Origin: Negaprion brevirostris
Lineage: Eukaryota
DNA length: 63,969 bases
Direction of reading: 5' to 3'
Assembly: GCA_030324005.1 (NCBI GenBank)
Contig: JARDVH010000132.1
Span: 112,716,150-112,780,118, forward strand
Shown here: piece by piece, positions 11,737 to 25,464 of the stretch
Numbering within the stretch: the first letter of the stretch is position 1
Layout of the letters: each line of letters begins with the position of its first letter
Notes under the pieces: model-generated
Seen by the model: only the letters and a program-made list of their open reading frames with translations
What the model was told of the DNA's origin: nothing
Databases searched by the model: none
Translations under genes and position numbers: made by a program

Positions 11737-12503
11737 ATTGGCCATGCTAAATTGCCACTTCCTCTGAACCAATCAACCTGACCCACACAGCTTTGGAGTG
11801 TGGGAGGAAACTGGTGCACCCGGAGGAAACCCACACAGACACAGGGAGAATGTGCAAACTCTCCACAGACAGTGACACCAATATCTCTACTTTCTCAGAA
11901 GACTAAGGAAATTGGGTTACGACTCTCACCAACTTTTACAGATGCACCGTAGAAAGCATCACAGTTTTCTATTGCTCCTGCTCTGCCCAAGACTGCAAGA
12001 AACTACAAAAGGTCATGACTGTAGCCCAATCCATCACNNNNNNNNNNNNNNNNNNNNNNNNNNNNNNNNNNNNNNNNNNNNNNNNNNNNNNNNNNNNNNN
12101 NNNNNNNNNNNNNNNNNNNNNNNNNNNNNNNNNNNNNNNNNNNNNNNNNNNNNNNNNNNNNNNNNNNNNNNNNNNNNNNNNNNNNNNNNNNNNNNNNNNN
12201 NNNNNNNNNNNNNNNNNNNNNNNNNNNNNNNNNNNNNNNNNNNNNNNNNNNNNNNNNNNNNNNNNNNNNNNNNNNNNNNNNNNNNNNNNNNNNNNCTATG
12301 ACTGTAACACTACATTCTGCACCATCTCCTTTCCTTCTCTATCAATGGTATCCTTTGTTTGTATAGCGTGCAAGAAACAATATTTTCACTGTATGCTAAT
12401 ACATGTGACAATAATAAATCAAATCAAACCCAAGCTGGGAATCGAATCCAGCTCCCCGGCACTGTGACACAGCAGTGTTAACTACTGTGCCACCATGCTG
12501 CCC
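11737..12503 (-). mobile_element. HE1-type SINE split by a Rex1-like LINE fragment (11879-12428, +)
   Basis: The SINE stops at cagacagtgac and resumes at ccaagctgggaatcgaa. The insert ends atacatgtgacaataataaatcaaatcaaa. Confidence 0.85.
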
Positions 12504-12784
12504 TTTCCTTGTGATGCACTGCCTTCCTGCTCTAACTGGAAAACAAAAAGACTTAGCCTTTTTCCCCCATTTTCAAGATTTTTATATCTGGTAAAGACAA
12601 AATGTCAAAAAGAAATGTAATATCCCGATTGTTTCTCTCCAGGGTTACATACAACAGTGTCCTGGAAGTCGATCTTCAATTCCTGGAGTTTCCAGTCCAA
12701 TTCTGGAGTGTTTGTTCTTTCCTTGTTCCTTTCTTTTCTTGGCCCTCCATATAATTATTAACTGTTAAGTCTCTAACTTCTTCC

Positions 12785-12887
12785 TGTTCTGATGGAAGAT
12801 CACAGACCCAAAATGTTAACTCTGTTCCTGTCTCCACAGATACTGCCTGATCCATTGAGTATTTCCTGCAATTTCTACTTTTATTCC
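12785..12887 (+). mobile_element. Penelope-derived terminal fragment
   Basis: tctgatggaagatcacagacccaaaatgttaactctg...tccacagatactgcctgatcc...gagtatttcc. Confidence 0.6.
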
Positions 12888-13309
12888 TTGTTCTCCTGAC
12901 TTTAGTTGTATCCACTTGTATATTAAAACAGTTTGCTTGAAGCAAGAAATCTACATTTCTCAAAATAGACATGATCACTGGAAACCCCTGACCCTTGTCT
13001 GTGGCTGGGATTCTCCAAACCTGCTACAGTGAATGAAATTTTGGCTGAGTGCCAAATTCTCCATTTTCACTGACATCGGTGTGAGAACGAATGAGGATTA
13101 GAGAACCCTGCCTGATTATATTTATGCAGTGCGGAAAGAGTTTTTCAGAGTTTTACAATGAGTAAGGAGATTTTATGGTTAAATATTTGACATCCACCAT
13201 CAGTGGCACTGCATGGGACTGCTGCCTTTAGGGATATACAGCCGGCAAATCTTATTCATTTGTTCATGAATACAATGCCATGAGGTGATTGACATCACTG
13301 TGCTCTAAG

Positions 13310-13790
13310 TGTCATAGTCATAGAGGTTTACAGCATGGAAACAGGCCCTTCGGCCCAACTTGTCCATGCCATTCCTTTGTTTCTAACCACTTAGCTAATC
13401 CCAATTGCCTGTGTTTGGCCCATATCTCTCTATACCCACCTTACCCATCTAACTGCCTAAATGCTTTTTAAAAGACCAAAATTGTACCTGCCTCTACTAT
13501 CACCTTTGAAAGCTTGTTCCAGACACTTACCATCCTCTGTGTGAAAAAAATTGCCCCTCTACATCCTTTTGTATCTCTCCCCTTTCACCTTAAACCTATG
13601 CCTTCTAGTTTTAGACTTCTCTACCTTTGGGAAAAGATATTGACTATCTAGCTGATCTATGGCCCTCATTATTTTATAGACTTCTTTAAGATTGCCCCCT
13701 AAGCCTCCTAACACTCCAGGGGAAAAAAGTCCCAGTTTATCCAGCCTCTCCTTATACCTCAAACCATCAAGTCCCAATAGCATCCCAGTG
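13310..13790 (-). mobile_element. CR1 LINE 3' end
   Basis: ORF 13559..13831 (LRYKERLDKLGLFS...EVYKIMRAIDQLDSQYLFPKVEKSKTRRHRFKVKGERY). Confidence 0.9.
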
Positions 13791-15009
13791 CCCAGAGTTG
13801 TCAATGAGACACAATAATCTGGGCCCCTCATGCTCCCTCCAAATAAAAGGTATTCTCAGCAGTTTTTCAGGAAAAAGGTTCCACTTTCACTGTAATATTT
13901 GCCTGGTATATAAAGGGTCAAGGGATTCAACCAAACAACTTCATCTAAATACAAGGGATGCTAAAATACATACAAACATCCTGGTTGTAAAGAAAAGTTG
14001 GTTTCCTGCGAAATAGTAACTGGGTATGCTATCTATTTACTCCAGTTAAACGTGGGAATCGTTCTGAGAGATTTGTAACCAGAATGGAATTAAGCAGTAG
14101 TGGCGAGAATAGGCATATATGGTTTTTGTTAGGTTCTGCCTGAACCTCTGGCATTTGGATAGTTTTGCCATTCTCCCAAGGACTCATGCTTGAAATATTT
14201 CAGAAAGATGAAACAGATGAGGCAGCACCACCTAAGTAAACAATAGTCCAGGCAGAAGTTGATGTAAGACAAGGATCTAGCCCAACCCATAGAGCCAGTA
14301 AGTCTAGACTCCAGATGTGGATTCGTAGCCTCGTTGAGTTCAGAACTCGGCTTGGTAAATATCGCAACCAGATGTCATTGATTCAGCTACAAATCCTGGA
14401 TGTGGTGACAGAAAGGCTGCTGTTAATAATTTTCAGCTTTATGGAGGAAGGTTTAAGGAGCGCTGTAAAAGCAACACATCATAGGCAAGATCCTTATGAT
14501 GATTTTCATGTTAATACATTGCAGTCTATCATGTCCAGTTGCTGGGCTAAGAGGCAAGAGGGAAAAAGATAACTCGTCACAGTAGATCGCAGATAATTAA
14601 CACAAATCATAAAGCTGGAACCCAGATCCGGTATGACTCAGTGCAGAGGAATAGGCTGAAATGAGGTGTTTCTGAAGGCAGCAACTTTTCACACAGTAAC
14701 AAGCTTGTTAATCTCAGGTTCTAACTACATAGGACACAAGAGATTACTAAAGATAGAATGAGATGGGACTTTGCAGTGAAAAATAAATAGCACACATAAT
14801 GGGCTCACAAGAGTATTAAACCTGAACTGCGCTAATACAGCACTGTTAACACATCATGGAGCGTTGTCATACAAAGTTAGATAACAAAAAAGTCAAATGC
14901 TGGAATTTTCTAGTCCTGCCTGCAGTGAATCCAGAAGTCAATGGATCCTTGGCTGGTCCATCAGATTTTCTGTCTCTCCTGTGGCAATTCCCACCACAGG
15001 AAAATCCCA

Positions 15010-15370
15010 ACCAGAAAGACATTAAGACAGGTGACCGTTGGCAATGGCGGCTGTCCCCTCACCTAAGGATGACGCTACTCAGGATTGCGAGTTTCTGCCA
15101 TGGGACTTCATATGACCCAATAGGCTGATTTGTCAACCTGAAGATCTTTGGGAAAATGAGGTTAAGGTTGCGCAGCAGGTAATGTGATCGGGAGTACAGG
15201 ATTTTCTTCCTTTTCTTCATCATTAAAGTTTGATGGTCAATTAGTTGTCACCATTTTAAATGATTGGTAACGTGTTCTACCCAGCCATTCAGGTCAATGC
15301 TGTCATGTTCCAAGGAGGCATTCAGGGTGTCTTTGAAACATTTTCTTTGTCCTCGCCTGGAATACTGGGC
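15010..15370 (-). mobile_element. RTE-like LINE remnants
   Basis: Antisense of GQRK.FKDTL.ASL at ~15305-15360, plus RTE-like 3' sequence. Confidence 0.45.
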
Positions 15371-15610
15371 AAGTGAGAGAACAAGATCTGGCATGGGAAT
15401 CAGCTTTCAGCCATCTGAACCCAGTGGTCAGTCCATAGAAATTGATTTTTCGGAAGTTTTGTCTGCTTTCAAGAAAAAGTTTCCCCCTCCGTCCCCTCCC
15501 ATTTGAATCAGGAAGATGCAGTGGATGATGGAATTTCTCCCGTCCTCTTATATGTTGGATAAGTCGTACAGGTGACCACAAACTTGAGAAAAATGATAGA
15601 TTTTAGAATA

Positions 15611-15897
15611 TCATAGAATCCCTACAGTTTAGAAGGAGGCCTGTTGGCCCATCAAGCCTGCAACAACAACAATCCCACCCTATCCCCACAACCCCATGTA
15701 TCTATCCTATTAATCCCCCTGACATTAGGGGGTAATTTAGCATGGCCAATCAACCTAACCCGCACATCTTTGAACTGTAGGAGGAAACCTACGCAGACAC
15801 AGGGAGAAAGTGTAAACTCCACACAGACAGTGAGACGAGACATTGAACCCAGATTCCTGGTGCCATGAGGCAGCAGTGCTAACCGCCAACATGCCAT
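15611..15897 (-). mobile_element. HE1-type SINE, CR1 tail
   Basis: tcatagaatccctacag... gcagcagtgctaacc. Confidence 0.85.
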
Positions 15898-15899
15898 CC

Positions 15900-16120
15900 A
15901 TTTTAGGAGTGTCTTAAAGGAGGAGAGGAATGGAAGATTAAGGTGGGAATTCCAGAATGTAGATCCCAGGCTGTTAAAGGTAAATAATCAGTGATGGAAA
16001 TTGGGGATCCACAATTGGAGGAATGCAGTCCAGAATTGGAAGAGTGCAGAAAATCTGGAGGGTTGCATTGTGGCAGAAGGTTACAGAGGTGGCCAGTGTT
16101 TGAAAAAAATGGAGCAATAT
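15900..16120 (-). mobile_element. L2 LINE 3' fragment
   Basis: ttttaggagtgtcttaaaggaggagag...gggaattccaga...ggctg. Confidence 0.55.
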
Positions 16121-16289
16121 TCAAGTAGTTACACCCCAGAATTGTAAGGAGGGAAAGGGATGTTTCTGGCTCACCACAATCACTCCAGAAACCTTCACAT
16201 TGACACTGATGACTCAGAAAAGTATCATCCTTCATAGTAGTTATGGACAGGATAAGAACAGATGGAGAGGCCAGACTGGAAAGATGATC

Positions 16290-18020
16290 ATAATTGAAAG
16301 TTAGTAAGTCATCTATGACTCTATCTAGGATGAGGCATGTCCTAGGTTTCTGAAAGAAGCAATAGAGGCATTAATTACAAGCTTCCAATCCTCACTGGGT
16401 GCAGAAGTATTGCAGCACTGGACATTTGCTCATCACTGTTCAGCTAAGGGGAGAGATAGAAACCAAGAAACTATGGGTCAAGCCAACCTAACATGGTGAG
16501 AAAGTTATTGGAAAGGAACAAAAAAACCTTCCATTTGGGGAAGTATGGATTACTCAGAGAGTCAGAATGGATTTGTCAAAGTCATGACTGACTAATCGAT
16601 TGAATTTGTTGATGAGGAAACAGGCTGATCAAGGTGATGTAGATGGTTTATGTTGGACATTCAGGGGGCATCTGGCAAAGTGCCACACATGAAGCTTGTT
16701 AAAAAGATGGATGCCAAGGGAATTAATGGGAAAATGATGGTATAGATACACAGTTGGTTCAGAAAGTTGACTTAGTGACAGGAAGCCATGGAAGATTTTC
16801 AGTCGAGGAGCTGTTTTGCAGTTTTAGGTCCATTATGCTTACCAATTTATATAAAGGACGTGGGTGGCACAATGATTAGCACTGCTGTCTCATGGTGCCA
16901 GGGACCTAGGTTCGATTCATGGCTTAGGTCACTGTCTGTGTGGAGTTTGCACGTTCCCCCCCTGTCTGCGTAAGTTTCTTCCTGATGCTCCAGTTTCCTC
17001 CCACAGTTCAAAAAGGCACGCTGGTTAGGTGCATTGGCCATGCTAAATTCCCCCTCAGTGTACCCAAACAGATGCTGGACTAGAAGATTTTCACAGTACC
17101 TTCATTCTGTGTTAATGTCAGCCTACTTGTGACACCAATAAATAAAATTTAAACTTGGTGTAGGGAACAGTATTATGAATTATACATATGATACAAAACT
17201 TGTAAAAGTTTGATAAATGCTGAGGATGGTTTAGGCTTCAGGATGACAGTGATATGAAGGTGAAATGAGCAGAAGCATGGCAGATGGAGTTCAATGCAAG
17301 TAAGTGTGAAGTATGCACTTAGGAAGGACAAATATGGAAGGATAGTGCATTAAAATGTCACATTGTCAAAGAGGGTAGATGAACAGAGAGAATTTGATGT
17401 CCATGTGCACATATCCTTAAAGGTGATGAACAAAGATGATCAGGTTGTTAAAAAAACATATGGATTTCTTGTGTTTATCAGTAGAGGAACAGAATACAAA
17501 AGTAAAGAGATCATATTAGAGCTTTATAAATCACTGGTTAGACCTGAGTTGAGTGTTGTGGATCACTCTGGGTACTATCATTTGGGAAAGATGAAAGAAA
17601 GGGTACAAAGGAAATTCTCCAGGATCTCACTATAGCGATGAATGACTTCTTCATGGGGCAGAGAAGATAAGTGATAATCAAGTAGTGATCTTCAAGATAA
17701 TGAGAGGTTTAGATAGGGTAGACAGAACAAAACTATTCCATCTGGACATTAACCAGAGTTCTTGACTTTGAAATTATTCACAAAATAGATGGAGGGAAGA
17801 CAAGGAGAAATGCTTTCACTCAGAGTGTTGCTGGGATTTGGAACATACTACCTGAAAAGGTGATGAAGCTAATTCCACAATTAAATTTAAAAGGGAGTTA
17901 TGGATGAGGATGTTTACACATTTTTTAAATAAAGGAGGGTAAGGCTAAGCTTCTCTTTCTAAGAGCCAGACCAGGCAGTGGACCAATTGACCTTTTCCTT
18001 GTGCTAAATTTCTACAATCT
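16290..18020 (+). mobile_element. Old CR1 LINE RT region, interrupted by a SINE
   Basis: Decayed RT motifs; ORF 17363..17635 (FISRGTEYKSKEIILELYKSLVRPEL). Confidence 0.85.
16860..17153 (+). mobile_element. HE1-head SINE with alternative (Rex1-like) tail
   Basis: Same tRNA/V head as HE1, ending gtgttaatgtcagcctacttgtgacaccaataaataaa. Confidence 0.85.
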
Positions 18021-18429
18021 TATGCCTGAAGACTATAAAAAGATAGTTAATTACAAAAGTACGCTTGTTCTGTGACACAAATCTCAGATATCATTGTTCT
18101 GAAATATTTACTGTAATTTAATGTAGGCAAGGAGCAGAGAATCAAAAGTCCAGGTTAGCAAAGATTTCATGGTCAAAGGTCTATGATTTGCTGATTTTTA
18201 AAAAAAATTCAGTCTTGGGTGTGGGAAATATTGGGAAGTCCAGCATTTATCGCCCATCTCTAGTTGCCCTTGAGTTAGTTATGATGGGCCGTCATCTTGA
18301 ATCACTGGAATCCATAAACTAAGGTAATCCCACAGAGTTGTCCTCTGAAAGAAAAGCATCAAATTGAATTTGTATCAGTGAATCGGGCATTCTGTATACA
18401 GTACTTTCTGCTGCGGTTCAAGTACAGTG

Positions 18430-18760
18430 GATCACTAATGACTTTCCCTTCACCATAAGATCAAAAATAGGGATGTTAACTGATGATTGCACAATCAATA
18501 CCATTTTCAACTCCTCAGATACTGAAGCAATCCATATCCATATGCAGCAAGATATGTAACATTAAGACAGATAAGTGGCACATATGCCAGACAAGTGATT
18601 GACATGAACTATTTCCAACAAGAGAGAATCTAATCATCTCTCCTTGACGCTCATGGAAATTACCATGGCTGAATTCCCCCACTACCAACATCCTGGGAGT
18701 TACCATTGATCAGAAACTGAACTGGACCAGCCATACAAATACTGTAACTATAAGAGCAAG
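18430..18760 (+). mobile_element. CR1-clade LINE fragment (family continued at 20140-20560)
   Basis: gatgttaactgatgattgcaca...cctgggagttaccattgatcagaaactgaactggaccagccatacaaatact. Continuation encodes APEILKKLNAIQEKAA. Confidence 0.65.
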
Positions 18761-19778
18761 ATGTTCTGTCCTCTACATTTAGCAGTCGAAAAGCCCAACA
18801 GGGCTGCTGGCATCTGAGCCTGAATTCCCACGATGTGTTACCACTGCCCAAAGCCCTAAGACAGGAGTGTGCACTTCGAGACAAAAACATCAATAATATG
18901 AAGAACTAGAGCTGATTTAGTGGTAAATGTTGACCTAATCAAATAGTGTCAGGAGATCATTTACATCCATCTGAATGGTTAGACAGGACCCCAACTTGAA
19001 AAGTTCAGTCAGATGTAGTGGCACAAACCCTCAGTACTACACCAAAAACATGAACATAAACCCTTCGCTCAAACCACCGTACTAAAGCTTGAATCACAAC
19101 TGCTGGGTTCATCCAGTGCCTTCTGTTTTTACATTGAATCACAACTAGTCTGACGTGGAGATTAGAGTGATATCATTGAGCCAAAGTTGACACTTACACA
19201 ATAGCTACTATCTATCACTAAACAGTGCATTGTAAGGATTGTTAAGGTTTGTTGTAAGGGTGCAATTTATTTTGGGCTGTCACACAGAGGGGCACTTGTG
19301 AGTGGGTAGCCCCGTTTACACTCCAGGATGAACTTGAGCCCCACATCTTCCTCTAAATAGGATGAAAATAACTTATGTCAAAGATGCCACCAACACAGGG
19401 GCCTCTGAAATAATTCACTAAATGTGTATGCACAATGATTCAATTGCAGCAGAGTAAATGCACATGTCGCCCTGCTGAACAGTGTCTAAAATAATTATAG
19501 TTATTAATAAAAGCTTGTCAAGGATAACACTGGATAAATAAATTTAAAACACCACAGAAGGAAAATGAGTGATAAGCTTGTGTGAATTATAAACAATTTG
19601 CTATTTTTAGCTATCCTCGGGAACAGTGTGTGTGACTGTTGGTGCCTAACAGGCAAAATGCATTAAACATGCGAGAACAGAGCCAATGTCAGGACAGCAC
19701 AGGAGGTGGCCATTCAGCCCGTTTGTACAAAAATCCAGTTAGTTCCATCTTCCCTAAAAAGATAATCAAAAAATGATA

Positions 19779-20062
19779 GGGCGACACGGTGGCACGGTTG
19801 TTAGCACTGCTGCCTCGCAATGCCAGAGACCCGGGTTCAATTCTGGCCTGTCAATGTGGAGTTTGCGCATTCTCCCCGTGTCTACATGGGTTTCCTCTGG
19901 GTGCTCCGGTTTCGTCCCACACTGCAAAGATGTGCACGTTAATCTCAGTGAGATTTGTAGGGTAAATACGTGGGGTGATGGGGTTAGAGCCTGGATAGGA
20001 TTGTCGTCAGTGCAGCCTTGATAATCTGAATGGCCTTCTTCTACGCCGTAGAGATTCTATGA
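19779..20062 (+). mobile_element. HE1-type SINE, CR1 tail
   Basis: gggcgacacggtggcacggttgttagcactgctgcctc ... gagattctatga. Confidence 0.85.
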
Positions 20063-20603
20063 ATTTACAATGCTGAAATACCAAAAAGTGGCATAAGGCA
20101 ATCAAGACCTAGCTGAGTGAGAAACATGCCTTCTTATAGTTATGGCTACTACAGCAGGTCAAAGGCTCAGAATTCTAGGGTGATTAATTCACCTTCAGGC
20201 TTCCCAAAATCCCCCCATCACCAACAAGGCACAAGTCAGGAGTGTGATAGAATACTCTCTACTTGCCTTGATGACTGTAGCTCCAGAAATACTCAAGAAG
20301 CTCAACGCCATCCAGGAAAAAGCAGCCCACATGGTCTACCACATTAAACCACAGNNNNNNNNNNNNNNNNNNNNNNNNNNNNNNNNNNNNNNNNNNNNNN
20401 NNNNNNNNNNNNNNNNNNNNNNNNNNNNNNNNNNNNNNNNNNNNNNNNNNNNNNCCTCTCCAGGCAGCAGTGTTTGGTATGTACAGGATGCACTGTGGCA
20501 GGTCATCACGGTTCCTTCAGTAGCACATGCCAAACCCATAACTTCTATCAATTGTACAGACCTCCAGATATATGAGAACTACATCATCTATTGGTTCCCC
20601 TTT

Positions 20604-20866
20604 GGACGGTATGGTGGCATAATGGTTAACACTGTTGCCTCACAGTGCCAGGGACATGGGTTTGATTCCTGACTTGGGTCACTGTCTGTGCAGAGTTTGC
20701 GCATTCTCCCCATGTCCACGTGGGTTTCCTGCGGGTGCTCCAGTTTAGTCCAACAGTCCAAAAGATGTGCTAGTTAGATGCATTGACCATACTAAATTCT
20801 CTCTGTGTACCCAGACAGGTGCTGGAGTGTGGTGACTTGGCAGCAGTGCTCACCACTGTGCTGCCC
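20604..20866 (+). mobile_element. HE1-head SINE joined to an inverted SINE head fragment
   Basis: + strand head and body to ~20838, then antisense ggcagcagtgctcaccactgtgctgccc. Confidence 0.7.
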
Positions 20867-20879
20867 TTGCACAGACATT

Positions 20880-22190
20880 TATTGATGATGTTCTTAATTG
20901 ACATTCTGTTTCTAATGATGGTGCTACCCAAGAAGGAACAACCAAACAATGAACCCGCATCATAGCTACTCTCTGCACCAAGCACCAACACAGGTACAAG
21001 CACTCCAATGGACTATAACATGTTGGGTTGGTTGGAAGAGCTTGTGAGGACACATCACACTCACTGGAGGAGCTGGTGGAGGCAAAGAATGCCCAGTGTG
21101 CTGACAGTTGGAGAACTGCTGGAGACCTGGACCATGCTGAGTCTGAGGCAGATGATTAGCCTTTGGAATCATCCATCCAGCAGCAGGTGCTGGATGTCCA
21201 GTGGGATGTGTGGGAAGACCTGGTGGGAATCCCTGAGGTTCTGTGTGCCATGGTCTCAGTCATTGAGGAGCATGAGCGCTGCTAACCCTGAGCACCAAGA
21301 GTACAGCCTCCAGTCATTGAGAGTGTGGTGACTCTCATTGAGTGGCAGCTCCACAAACAGAATCCAGGGTTCCCGGGGTCACGTTTGGATCTGCAAACCC
21401 TCAAACACGCAATGGTCTTAGAGGATCACTGTCATGAGGGATGGATGAGGCACCTCATCTCTCTCTATGAGGTGCCAGTCCATCAGTGGTGAGCAGGCAG
21501 GTCCAACATTCCTTACAATGGGAAATGAGTTGCTCGATAGTCTCTGTGAGCTCCTCTCCCAGAGCTTTGGATGAAGGTAGCTGTTCCTTCGCCCTCTGGT
21601 AGTGACTTATGGCATCTTATAGTGACTGAGAAGTCCCCAGCCATGTTGCTGATTGCACCCTTCCAGGGGCAATTGCTTAGGCTCCACTGGCCAGAGGACA
21701 ATCACCAAGGTCATCAGGTCGACACAACAACAGTCAGTAATCTACCTGTACAGGTGGGGGGGTGGGGGCGTGTTGCATCAAGATGTAGCGTTTGCAAGCA
21801 TAAATTTAAGGCACTGTGCGAGACCAAAATGGGGAATGGGTATTCATGGATTACTTGGGTTCATTATATCAGTGTTTTATATTGTTTCTGTTAGGCTTGG
21901 CAACCATTTTGTTCCTGGTTTCCAACTCTGGTGAAGATATCTTGTTTCAATGTTCTGAGTGTCCCTGAACTTTTCCATAGGTGCAGGTCTCATCAGCGCC
22001 TTACGATAGATAGCAGGGGCAGCAATCTTTATTACAGAGCTTGTGAGGTGACATTGGGGTCATGGTATTGCATTGTAATAAATGTGTGTGAGGGAGGCAG
22101 CTCTCCAGCACCAAGATGGAAGGCAAGCCTTGGCAGGCTAGCTGAAGGCGAATTAAAACAAGGCTTTCCTGGGTTCCCTACCTTCCCGAA
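20880..22190. mobile_element. Fossil PIF/Harbinger element: accessory (Myb/SANT-type) gene remnant (+) and transposase 3' end (-)
   Basis: 21640-22180 aligns in reverse with 53950-54830 (for example ctctgtaataaag..ttgcccct..ctgatgag.cctgcacctatggaaaa), next to a recognisable Harbinger transposase. Accessory gene identity is inferred from Harbinger architecture. Confidence 0.65.
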
Positions 22191-23151
22191 CGTTCATCAC
22201 GTCAAGATGATAGATATTGCTGCAGGATTTAAGGCGTCCAAACTTATCCACGTGCAAAATGAAAGGTCCTCTACCACACACTTCATCATTTCAGAAGCGC
22301 CCAACCGACTGTACAGGTGTCATTTAATTATTTTCTTTCACCTCTTTTGATAAAGATTAAATTGATGATAGCTTTGTGTTGTGGTCCATGCCCACTACAA
22401 CTGGATTGACACTGCCCCGATCACTGCACAAAGAGACATTTTTGTTCCATTAGGTTGAGCTGCTTTTCAACCAGGGTCTCACATGTCAAGGCCAACATTT
22501 ATCCGACTGTGCCATCCAATTATAGTAGCTTAAATGGAGTTCCAACTTTGGATCTGCCCAAGTTTGTAAATATCATTGAGTCACCAAGGAGGATTCTTGG
22601 CTTCAGCACCCTATGATGTAAGGAAGGGATCGTTTTGGTGTTTTTCAGGCCAGATTTAGCTGGTGCAACAATAAACAGCAACAGCTCAATCGCCAATAAA
22701 AGAAAGTATTTTATTTGCATCATACAGTCAGCCTCTCACTAATCAGCACTGCTGTTAAACTCTGACCATTCCAGTGTCTTCCAAGTCTGTGCATATCTTT
22801 GGATTTAGGATTTTATTTTATCTCTGGGGTCTAACCCCTGATCCCCTAGGCCCTGTAGCAACATCAACCCATTTCATTTTAGCTCTGGCCCTGATGGGCA
22901 GTTTTAGCCTACTTTTTCACATCTGCAGGTAAATTAACATACCTACCTGGACCTGAGCTCCCTCATTTCAATTAATTGGTCCTACTGGGAAAATAAATGG
23001 TTAAAAATATATTCTCCAACTTGTGAAAAGTCAAGAAATAACAGTTGAAACCCCCTTAAGGGTTGATTGGATTTGGATATTAGTTATTGTAGTGGTCACA
23101 CAAACAAACCTTCTGCCCAATGCTGCAGTATGCCAGTCGATCACTGCTAGA

Positions 23152-23466
23152 GAACCATAGCAACCTACGGTGCAGAAGGCCATTCAGCCCATCGAGTCTG
23201 CACCAATCACAATCCCAATCAGGCCTTATCCCCATAACCCCATGTTATTATCCTAACTAGTTCTCCTGACACTAAGGGGCAATTTAGCATGACCAATTCA
23301 TCTAACTCACCCATCTTTGGGCTGTGGGTAGAAACGGAGCACCCGGAGGAAACGCATGCAGACACGAGGAGAATGTGCAAACTCCACACAGACAGTGACC
23401 CAAGCCTGGAATCGAACCTGGGTCCCTGGCACTGTGAGAAAACAGTGCTCACCGCTGTGTCACAAT
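23152..23466 (-). mobile_element. HE1-type SINE, CR1 tail
   Basis: Antisense full SINE; ETEHPEETHADTRRMCKLHTDSDP is a pseudo-ORF signature of this SINE. Confidence 0.85.
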
Positions 23467-24061
23467 GTACTAACCCTTAGTTTGTTATACACGGATATTT
23501 CCTGCATGTTTCAATCAGTATTCATCCTCTGTGCAGGATAAAGGTTAGATTAGCCATAATCAAAATGAATTTTGAAGCTTTCAGTCCAGGTTTGTTCTCA
23601 GTAAATGGGACTGTGGTTTTAATTATGCTTCTCCTGGCTCCGGTTTCCAAGGATTGACTAACTGAAACAACCAAGCTGTTTCTTCCAAGTTAGGTCTTGT
23701 GCTTGCTTTGAAAGAAGTAATTTTTTTTGATGTATTGCAAACCATTTCCCCTGCCCATTAGTGAATTCCTATATCTAACTGAATTGAGGTTAAAAATATG
23801 ATACGTAGGAAGACTTCACCAAAATATCAACTGCAACATGGAAAGAAAACAAACCTACAACTAGAAGGGACTTTTCTGCATCACAGGGACGGTGCTGGCT
23901 GGGGAAGATGGCACTGATTGACAATCTCCAGAGATCCCCTATCCTAACAATGACAGTCACCAAAAGAAAAACAGTGATATCCCTGCAGGATATGTCTTAT
24001 CAGGTTGGAGCAACAGAAATAACAGATGCAGAAAAATGCACCAGATGAACAGATATCTGAT

Positions 24062-24320
24062 TAGAATCATAGAGTCATAGAGATTTACAGCATGGAAACA
24101 GGCCCTTCAGCCCAACTTGTCCATACTGCCCTTTTTTTTAAAATCCCTAAGCTAATCCCAATTGCCCACATTTGGCCCATATCCCTCTATACCCATCGTA
24201 CCCATGTAACTATCTAAATGCTTTTTAAAAGATAAAATTGTACCCGCCTCTACTACGACCTCTGGCAGCTTGTTCCAGACAGTCACCACCCTCTGTGTGA
24301 AAAATGTTAAGCCCTCTTTA
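24062..24320 (-). mobile_element. CR1 LINE 3' end
   Basis: FFTQRVVTVWNKLPEVVVEAGTILSFKKHLDSYM in ORF 24152..24457. Confidence 0.9.
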
Positions 24321-25464
24321 AATAACTTCTGTGCCTCCCTGTGGATTCCCGGTGTGGAACTGACACAGCTGGAAATCCAGCACTGGGAGACGCTATGGAG
24401 GCAGGATGCCCAGTGTAGATCCCACAGGTTGGGTCCCTCATAAATCTCCTGGTCCATGGTGCTGATTTTTTAGCACAGTGGGATAGGCGAATCTTGGCCC
24501 TTGAGCTTATTTGCTATTTACATACTTTTTAAAGATCAGACAGATTATAGCAGTCTTACAATGTTGCCAAGCTTGGAAAAATGATTGCGCTTTTTGCTGA
24601 TTGCATACAGAGTGTTATAAAGACTGAATCGCATCATACATTACATCATTTCTTTTCTGGTAATGTATTCAGATTCGTGCTCATATCCTTAAAGGACAAT
24701 TGAGTGATGTTCTTAATTCATCACCCCTACTTTTATTCGTTCACCCTAGTTTGATACAGAGAAGCGCAAAGCAGAAATAAAAAGTAATTTTTTAAAAAAG
24801 TAATGCGGATGCTGGAAATCCAAAACAGAAACAAAATTGCTGGAAATAAGGGTGGCATGGTGGCATGGTAGTTAACACTACTGTTTCACAGCACCAAAGA
24901 CCTGGATTTGATTCCAGCCTCAGGTGATTGTCTATGTGTGAGTAAAGAGAAAATTAAAGAAACCAATAAGGGTTTGATTGTGTGTTGGTAATAGTTAGCA
25001 TATTAGTTATTGGTCCAGTGTTTCATAGTAAAGTACAATGTTTTAATTCCTATTTCAAATTGGATTATACCATTTAAGAAGCTGAGATAAATTGTATATC
25101 TGTTACCAATTTTAACAGAATTAGAAACATTATTGTTACTGTACCAAATTGCAAATCTTATTCACAACACTGAAATGGACTGGAGCAGTTCAAGCTCACC
25201 ACCATCTTCCCAAGGGCAATTAGGGATGGGCAGTAAAAGTGCTGGCAGCCAGCAACACCCACATCCTATGAAAGAATTAAAAAAAGAAAGAATGCTTAAA
25301 GAAGTANNNNNNNNNNTTAAAAATCAGATCAAATGACCAAAATGGCTAGATATATGAACAAACTTGTGGAAAATGAATTTTTCTCAATTTGACGCTTTGT
25401 GACTAATGGGTTATGTAAGCCCTTCAGAACATTATTTGATGGAAAACTATTCATATTTTTACAG

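Noticed and set aside
20355-20454. 100-N gaps as proof of scaffold mis-joins
   Set aside because: The same LINE continues across 20355, and actacttt overlaps across 59277, so these look like small or negative gaps. Only the 27806 gap remains uninformative.
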